A stretch of 64,000 nucleotides of DNA from a virus. A program made the translations under genes and the position numbers. The stretch covers positions 64,826 through 128,825 of IMG/VR virus record IMGVR_UViG_3300027974_000023, one strand, 5' to 3'. A model generated the notes under the pieces. The model saw only the letters and a list, made by a program, of their open reading frames with translations, had not been told where the DNA came from and searched no databases. Below are positions 57,919-64,000 of this stretch, piece after piece; the first letter of the stretch is position 1, and each line of letters starts with the position of its first letter.

Positions 57919-60334
57919 TGGATAAAGTTCAGAGTCTTAGTAAGACAAGTAAAGATCTTATGATGAAGGAGCCCTATTATGGCTACTTTCTTATAATGCT
58001 TAATAAAACGTGGAGAAATGATATTCCTACAGCAGGTGTTAGTAAAAATGGTATAAACTATCAGCTTGCTATTAATGAAAAGTTTTGGTTAGAATTAACT
58101 GATAATCACAGACTTGGAATTTTGAAGCATGAGCTCAATTAGGGCTCCTTATACAGTAATGTATATGTAAAATGTCTTAAATTGACGGGAACTCCCTAAA
58201 GCTTTATCTACTAAGCATACACTGTGAAGTAGTATGTGGCTGAACTAATCATTCAGGTATAGTAAAAAAGATAAAGATGTCTAAATGGGCAATCCGCAGC
58301 CAAATTTCTTGGTTATACTGTTTATTTTTGGTATATTGTAACATAAATACTTACATATATGAAAATAGAAATAGAACAAAAAGTAATTGATTATTATGTT
58401 ACTGATAAATTATCAGGTAAAAAGATTGCAAGTATATTACAGTTAAATATAAAAAGGGTATTTGCAATTCTAAAAAGAAATAATATAAAATCAAGAACTT
58501 TGTCTGAATCATCAATGAAATATACTTGTCAAGATGACTTTTTTAATGTAATAGATACAGAAAAAAAAGCATATTGGTTAGGTGTTCTTTTTGCTGATGG
58601 TAATATTACAAAAAAAGCAAGTAAATCAGGACAGATAATTTTTTCATCAAAAGATAAAGATTGGGTAGAACAATTTTTATCAGATGTTGGATCAAATAAT
58701 TCTCCTAATTGTGAATATCAAAAAGTATTTAAAAAATATATATGGAAAGCTCAAATAACATCAGCTCAAATGTATAATGATTTAAATAATTTAGGATGTA
58801 CACCAGCTAAAACTAAAACAATAAGAATACCTATACTAAAGGATGCATTAATTCATCATTTTATAAGAGGTTATTTTGATGGTGATGGTACAGTTGGAGC
58901 CTACAAAAACTTAAAAAATAGTGATTGGAAAATCTTAAAATCAGGTTTTTGTTCAGGCTCAAAAGAATTTATTATTGAATTATTGAAAATATTACCAGTA
59001 AAAAATAAAACTATCAAGCAAAGTAAGGAATGTTATATTACACAACACTCTTTACATGATACACTTAAGTTATATAATTTTATGTATAAAAATTATACAG
59101 TATGCTTGAATAGAAAAAGACAAATTTTTATTGATTATTTAGACACATATGTACCAAGAAAGAGGTTCAACGACTACAATAGGCCATCCCAAGTGGATGA
59201 AGGTATAGTCTGATCTCATGTGAAAACATGAGTTAACAAAAATGCTTGCATATTGCTTTTGGACATTTGACAACATATTTCATGTTTAGTGACCATAAGT
59301 TAGCAAATGTTGCAATGGATATGGAAATCAACCAATATATTGATAGATCTTGGTTGCCAGGTGCTGAACTTGATCATGAACAATATAAAGCTTTGAAGAA
59401 AGCTGTATTAGAAGAATATCAGGCTGCTAAAGAAGCCGGAAAAGATAAAGAAGAGCTAGATCAAATAGCTAAAAAGTTACCAATGCGTGGTGTACTTATT
59501 GAAGATTATCCTGAATTGAATCTTGATCTTAAAGCAGGCTGCAGATATTATTATGATAAACTGAAAGAAGCTAAAGAACAAAAAGAAAAAACAGGAACAT
59601 CTGGATCAGAAGCATTTGATCAATTATGTGATCAAATGGATTCAGAAATGAATACTGGAAATGAACATCCTACATGGGAAGAATTTGAAGGTATCAGTGA
59701 AGCAGAGCAGAAACTAATTGATAAACAGATTCAAAGAATTCTTACTGAAGCTAAAGAACAAACAGTCAAAAAGCAAGGTCATGTACCCGGTGAAGTGGAA
59801 GGTCTTATTAAAATAGAGGAGATAGTTCCACCTAAGTTTGATTGGAGGGGTTATATCAGAAGATTTACTGGAATCAGTACCAAAGTATATACTAAAAAAG
59901 TTAGGAGAAAGGAGAACAAAAGATTCTCAGATTTTCCTGGACTTAAAATCAAAATGAAACAACATATGTTGTTGGCTATTGATACTTCTGGTTCTGTAAG
60001 TGATACAGAGCTTAAAGAATTTATGAATGAGATTCATCACATTTATAAAGCAGGGGTTGAAATCACAATTATTCAATGTGATACCCGTATCAATAGTATT
60101 GAGCCTTATAAAGGCAAAAATGAAATTACTGTAAGGGGTAGGGGAGGCACAAGTTTTGAACCTGTACTTGACTATTATTCAGCTAATGGAAAGAAGTTTA
60201 CAAGTCTTGTATATTTTACTGATGGTGAATGTTATACCCGTCAGAAACCAAAAGGAAATGTATTATGGGTTATTTCTGAAAGATCAGAATTAAACAAGTC
60301 ACTTCCTGGAAAAGTTATCAAATTAGAGTTATAA
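57918..60334 (+). CDS. HEXXH metallopeptidase-vWA protein (DUF2201-like), spliced from exons 57918-58135 and 59245-60334
   Basis: Splicing restores HELLH; NVAMDMEINQ; MIDAS DTSGS, GGGT, YFTDG. Confidence 0.87.
58136..59244 (+). mobile_element. group I intron 3
   Basis: P1 gagcU:Ggcuc; aaattgacggga, aatccgcagcc, gttcaacgacta, aaggtatagtct; terminal G. Confidence 0.9.
58359..59213 (+). CDS. intron-encoded LAGLIDADG endonuclease
   Basis: AYWLGVLFADGNI, FIRGYFDGDGTV. Confidence 0.88.
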   Translation: MKIEIEQKVIDYYVTDKLSGKKIASILQLNIKRVFAILKRNNIKSRTLSESSMKYTCQDDFFNVIDTEKKAYWLGVLFADGNITKKASKSGQIIFSSKDKDWVEQFLSDVGSNNSPNCEYQKVFKKYIWKAQITSAQMYNDLNNLGCTPAKTKTIRIPILKDALIHHFIRGYFDGDGTVGAYKNLKNSDWKILKSGFCSGSKEFIIELLKILPVKNKTIKQSKECYITQHSLHDTLKLYNFMYKNYTVCLNRKRQIFIDYLDTYVPRKRFNDYNRPSQVDEGIV

Positions 60335-60345
60335 AAATTAAAGTT

Positions 60346-61518
60346 ATGAGTAAGTCAGTTCAATTAAATTTAGATGAGATTAAGGATTTTGTAAAATTCA
60401 TGGTTAAGAATAACCAACATATTCAATCACAAGGAAAAGTTCCTGTAGCTATAAATGTGGAAGGAGACGCGGGGCTTGGTAAAACTTCATCAGTTAAGCA
60501 ACTTGCAAAAGAACTTAACATGGATGTAATCAGATTAAACTTAGCTGAGTTTGAAGAATTAGGTGATTTAGTAGGTTTCCCTGTTAAAGAATTTGAAATC
60601 CAAAATGCTGAAGGTAAAAAGACATGGATCAATGAGCATCAGATTGATGCTGCAATGAAGAAAGGTTACAAGGTAACGGATAAAAGAATGTCACATGCTG
60701 CTCCAGATTGGATTCAAGGTAAGGGAGAAGGTGGATTCTTAATTCTTGATGATTATACCAGAGCTGACCATAGATTTATGCAAGCTACAATGACTCTTAT
60801 TGATGAGCAAGCTTATGCTTCTTGGAAATTACCTAAGAACTGGCATATTTTATTGACTACCAATCCTGATAATGGAGATTACAATGTAACTTCATTAGAT
60901 ATTGCTCAAAAAACAAGATTTATTTCCACAGAAGTAAAATTTGATGTGAATGTTTGGGCAAGATGGGCAGAGCAAGTTAACATAGATGGTAGATGTATCA
61001 ACTTTATGTTAATGCATCCTGAATTGGTTACTCAAAGTGTTAATCCAAGAGCAATCACTACTTTCTTTAATTCAATAAGTTCTATTGAAGATTTTGCAAA
61101 AAATTTACCAATGATTCAAATGATTGGAGAAGGTTCTGTAGGTCCGGAATTTGCATCAATGTTTACATTGTTTATCAATAATAAACTTGATAAAATTATT
61201 AGTCCGGAAACTATTCTTACCAAAGAAGAAGGCTATGTTTTAGGAGCTCTTAAAGCTGCTGTTGGTGAAGGTGATGATTTCAGAGCTGATTTATCAAGTA
61301 TTATTGCAACAAGATTAGTAAACTATTCTTTGGTTTGGGCTGATAAAAATCCTGTTAGTAAGGATATGTCACAAAGATTAATCAAATTAGTAACTGATTG
61401 TGAATCATTTACTACAGACTTAAAATACTATTTGATTAAGGAAATTGTTAACGGAAACAAAGTGAAATTTGGTTCTTTGATGATAAATCCTGATGTAGTA
61501 AAAATGGCTGTGAAGTAA
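60346..61518 (+). CDS. MoxR/AAA_5-like ATPase
   Basis: GDAGLGKT, LILDDYTRA, LTTNP, AQKTRF; follows vWA gene. Confidence 0.82.
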   Translation: MSKSVQLNLDEIKDFVKFMVKNNQHIQSQGKVPVAINVEGDAGLGKTSSVKQLAKELNMDVIRLNLAEFEELGDLVGFPVKEFEIQNAEGKKTWINEHQIDAAMKKGYKVTDKRMSHAAPDWIQGKGEGGFLILDDYTRADHRFMQATMTLIDEQAYASWKLPKNWHILLTTNPDNGDYNVTSLDIAQKTRFISTEVKFDVNVWARWAEQVNIDGRCINFMLMHPELVTQSVNPRAITTFFNSISSIEDFAKNLPMIQMIGEGSVGPEFASMFTLFINNKLDKIISPETILTKEEGYVLGALKAAVGEGDDFRADLSSIIATRLVNYSLVWADKNPVSKDMSQRLIKLVTDCESFTTDLKYYLIKEIVNGNKVKFGSLMINPDVVKMAVK

Positions 61519-61610
61519 TCAAAGGTGTGCTGTTCCCTTAAAATAACAGATTTATAATTATTAACAAAGATAGGGGGTGATTACATCCCCTATTATTTTA
61601 TACTAAAGTT

Positions 61611-62924
61611 ATGTTAGAAAATGCTTTACATATTAATATAAGATATCCCAGAGAAGGTAGTGGTAAATTATCTAAAGTAAATCATCTTATACTACAAGAT
61701 ATAAGAATTTTGCATACCGGAGAAAAGCCTGAAAGTTTTTTCCCAAATCTTTTAACTAATTATGTTGTAAATAAAGGTGACAAGTTTTATTTTTTAGAAA
61801 AAGTTTCTATACCTAGAGTTAAATTAAAGGAATTTAATGAACAAAATGGTACTAAAACCGTAAGAGATTTAGAATCTGCAACACACATTTTTGCATCAAA
61901 AGATACTATAAAGCTTTATACTCAACATGAATGGAGTTATACTATAAGCACTGAATTATTTAAATTCTTTTTTGATTTATATAAGGATTATTTTGATAAA
62001 AAAGAACAAGAAGATATCAGACAAGTTTTAGAATTTTATCCTCATGATCTTCTTTTTTGTGATTATACAAGTATGAAATTATTACAAGATACTGGTTTAC
62101 CTAATTATGCTACTTTTGCAGCACATAAAGATTTTGGTAGTATTGCTAATTCATCTCATAATTACATAATAAGCTCTGAATATCTTTATATATACAATTC
62201 TATTAAAAATAAAGTTTTGTATGATGAATCTTGTTTAATCAGTCTTTTAAATGGTACTACTGCTGCAATCATTGATGAAAATCTATTTGGTAGTTTATGT
62301 ACAATGTTGGATAGTTCAGATACTGATAACCATGTTTTGGCTATGGAAATAATGGCTAATTCTCAATATGAAAAAAGTTTGTTGTATTTACTTATTCTTT
62401 TCTATGAATATAGAAATATAATGTACAATCTTCCTTCAAAAAGACATGTTAATTTTAAATCTTTACTGAGTTATCTAAACTCTGATGGTTATATGCATTT
62501 CAATTTAGACAAAATTGTTGAGCTGTTAAAAGATAAAGGAGTTCTTACAACAGATATGTTAGATGTATTATTATATAGATATCATAAAGAAATTACAGAT
62601 ACAGGTTCAACAGCTATATTTAAAGTAAAGAATATTACAGTTGACCCTGAAATTTTAGCTTTTATGAACAAGCCTTATCAGTTCAATCTTGAAGAAGACT
62701 ATGTACCTACGGTAGAGGAGGTGATTCCGGAAGATTTCTTAACTTACATACCAACTGTTGAAGAAGAAACTTTTACTGAATTAAATGAAGAACCTTCTGA
62801 TGATTACTATAAAGAAATTGCAGAAGAAGAGCTTCCAGGTACAGTTTCTGAAGAAGAAAATATTGAAGCACCTATTGTTGAACCTAAAAAAGAAGAAGAT
62901 GAGTCAAGCATTGATTGGTTCTAA
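61611..62924 (+). CDS. hypothetical protein with acidic C-terminus
   Basis: ORF track; possible BRCT-like N-terminal segment. Confidence 0.55.
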   Translation: MLENALHINIRYPREGSGKLSKVNHLILQDIRILHTGEKPESFFPNLLTNYVVNKGDKFYFLEKVSIPRVKLKEFNEQNGTKTVRDLESATHIFASKDTIKLYTQHEWSYTISTELFKFFFDLYKDYFDKKEQEDIRQVLEFYPHDLLFCDYTSMKLLQDTGLPNYATFAAHKDFGSIANSSHNYIISSEYLYIYNSIKNKVLYDESCLISLLNGTTAAIIDENLFGSLCTMLDSSDTDNHVLAMEIMANSQYEKSLLYLLILFYEYRNIMYNLPSKRHVNFKSLLSYLNSDGYMHFNLDKIVELLKDKGVLTTDMLDVLLYRYHKEITDTGSTAIFKVKNITVDPEILAFMNKPYQFNLEEDYVPTVEEVIPEDFLTYIPTVEEETFTELNEEPSDDYYKEIAEEELPGTVSEEENIEAPIVEPKKEEDESSIDWF

Positions 62925-63918
62925 TGAGGAATTAGAACAATTTTATAGAAAGAAATTTTACTTTAGTTACAGTGGGATTAATAAGTTGCTATTTTCCCCA
63001 GCTATGTTCTACAATCATTATGTTCTTAACCAAAGAGAAGATTCTACAGATGCACATTTAGTTGCTGGTAGAGTATTACATTGTCTTTTGTTTGAAGAAG
63101 ATAAGTTTGAAGAACAATTTTTAACACTACCGGGTAAAGTTCCAACTGATAGTCAAAAGAAAATTATTGATTATATTTTCAAATATCATTTGACAATTGG
63201 GAATAATACTTTATCTTTGGTGGACTATCCGCAGGATATACTCTCTCAACTACTCACAGCTAATCTCTATCAATCTCTCAAAACTGATCAACAAAGACTT
63301 GACAAAGTTTTAACTTCAGAAAACATAGAGTATTTTGAATTCTTAAAAGCTAGCCTAGGCAAAACAGTAGTAGATGAAGTGACTCTTACATCATGCAGAG
63401 CACAAGTTGAGGTCTTAAGAGCTAATCAAGATGTCAGAGCTTTATTACAGTTAGATAGAGATTCTTCAGATACTTCTATTAAAACTGTTTCAGAGTTAAA
63501 ACTAACTTATGACCATCCAGACTTAGCTTTTGGATTACATGGTGTACTTGACAATGTAGTTGTTGACAAAAACTCAAAAACCATCTTTATTAATGACTTA
63601 AAAACCACTGCAAAATCAATTCAAGATTTCCCAGAAAGTGTTGAATACTATAGATACTGGCTTCAAGCTGTTATCTATACTGTATTAGTAACAAATCAAT
63701 TTTTAAAAGGAAGGGAGGATAAGGAAGATTGGAAAATTCAAATTACTTTTATAGTAATTGATAAATACAATCAAGTTTATCCTTTTCAAGTGAGTGAAGA
63801 AACACTAGAGAAATGGAAAGCAGACTTCAAAGAGTTAATTGTCAAAGTTAAATGGCATTATGACAACAGAAGGTATGACTTACCATATGATCTAGCATTA
63901 GGTAATGTAAAATTGTAA
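62785..63918 (+). CDS. PD-(D/E)XK exonuclease (RecE/DUF3799-like); probable start 62899
   Basis: SYSGI, GRVLHC, GVLDNV, INDLKTT, YWLQAVIY. Confidence 0.78.
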   Translation: MKNLLMITIKKLQKKSFQVQFLKKKILKHLLLNLKKKKMSQALIGSNEELEQFYRKKFYFSYSGINKLLFSPAMFYNHYVLNQREDSTDAHLVAGRVLHCLLFEEDKFEEQFLTLPGKVPTDSQKKIIDYIFKYHLTIGNNTLSLVDYPQDILSQLLTANLYQSLKTDQQRLDKVLTSENIEYFEFLKASLGKTVVDEVTLTSCRAQVEVLRANQDVRALLQLDRDSSDTSIKTVSELKLTYDHPDLAFGLHGVLDNVVVDKNSKTIFINDLKTTAKSIQDFPESVEYYRYWLQAVIYTVLVTNQFLKGREDKEDWKIQITFIVIDKYNQVYPFQVSEETLEKWKADFKELIVKVKWHYDNRRYDLPYDLALGNVKL

Positions 63919-64000
63919 AAATTATGGCTTTAAGTTCAGTGTATAGGAAATATTTCCAAAAATCCCAAGTATTTATATATCCGCTCTTGGGGATTCAAAG

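Noticed and set aside
1-64000. Stop-codon reassignment as in some crAss-like phages
   Set aside because: Long genes are intact under code 11, TAG and TGA end genes, and the apparent breaks are explained by introns.
1-64000. DGR reverse transcriptase or template repeat
   Set aside because: No RT motifs in any ORF and no AAC-rich copy of either variable region seen; may lie outside the window.

Overview
AT-rich segment of a dsDNA tailed-phage genome with crAss-like (Crassvirales-type) gene content, standard genetic code and probably a Bacteroidota host (TAnnTTTG promoters, A-rich leaders). It has two divergent arms meeting at a GC-rich, hairpin-rich non-coding junction (~32.2-33.6 kb). The minus arm (1-32157) holds the major capsid protein, portal, intein-containing TerL, lysis genes, tail-fibre/LamG proteins, GroES, an Acb2/Tad1-like gene, a three-gene sugar-modification cassette and an LCIB-type beta-carbonic anhydrase. 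The plus arm (32515-64000) holds small early genes and replication/recombination genes (SF2 helicase, ClpS, ThyX, UDG, DnaB, AAA ATPase, primase, vWA-metallopeptidase plus MoxR-type AAA, PD-(D/E)XK exonuclease). Selfish elements are abundant: three group I introns with reconstructable junctions, one class-3 intein and five free-standing homing endonuclease genes. The most notable observations are (i) one gene carrying two different DGR-like variable regions with no RT or template repeat in the window, (ii) the phage LCIB carbonic anhydrase in the structural block, (iii) a ~270-nt structured ncRNA candidate, and (iv) an intron splitting an HEXXH motif. All family assignments are from motif recognition; no database searches were run.
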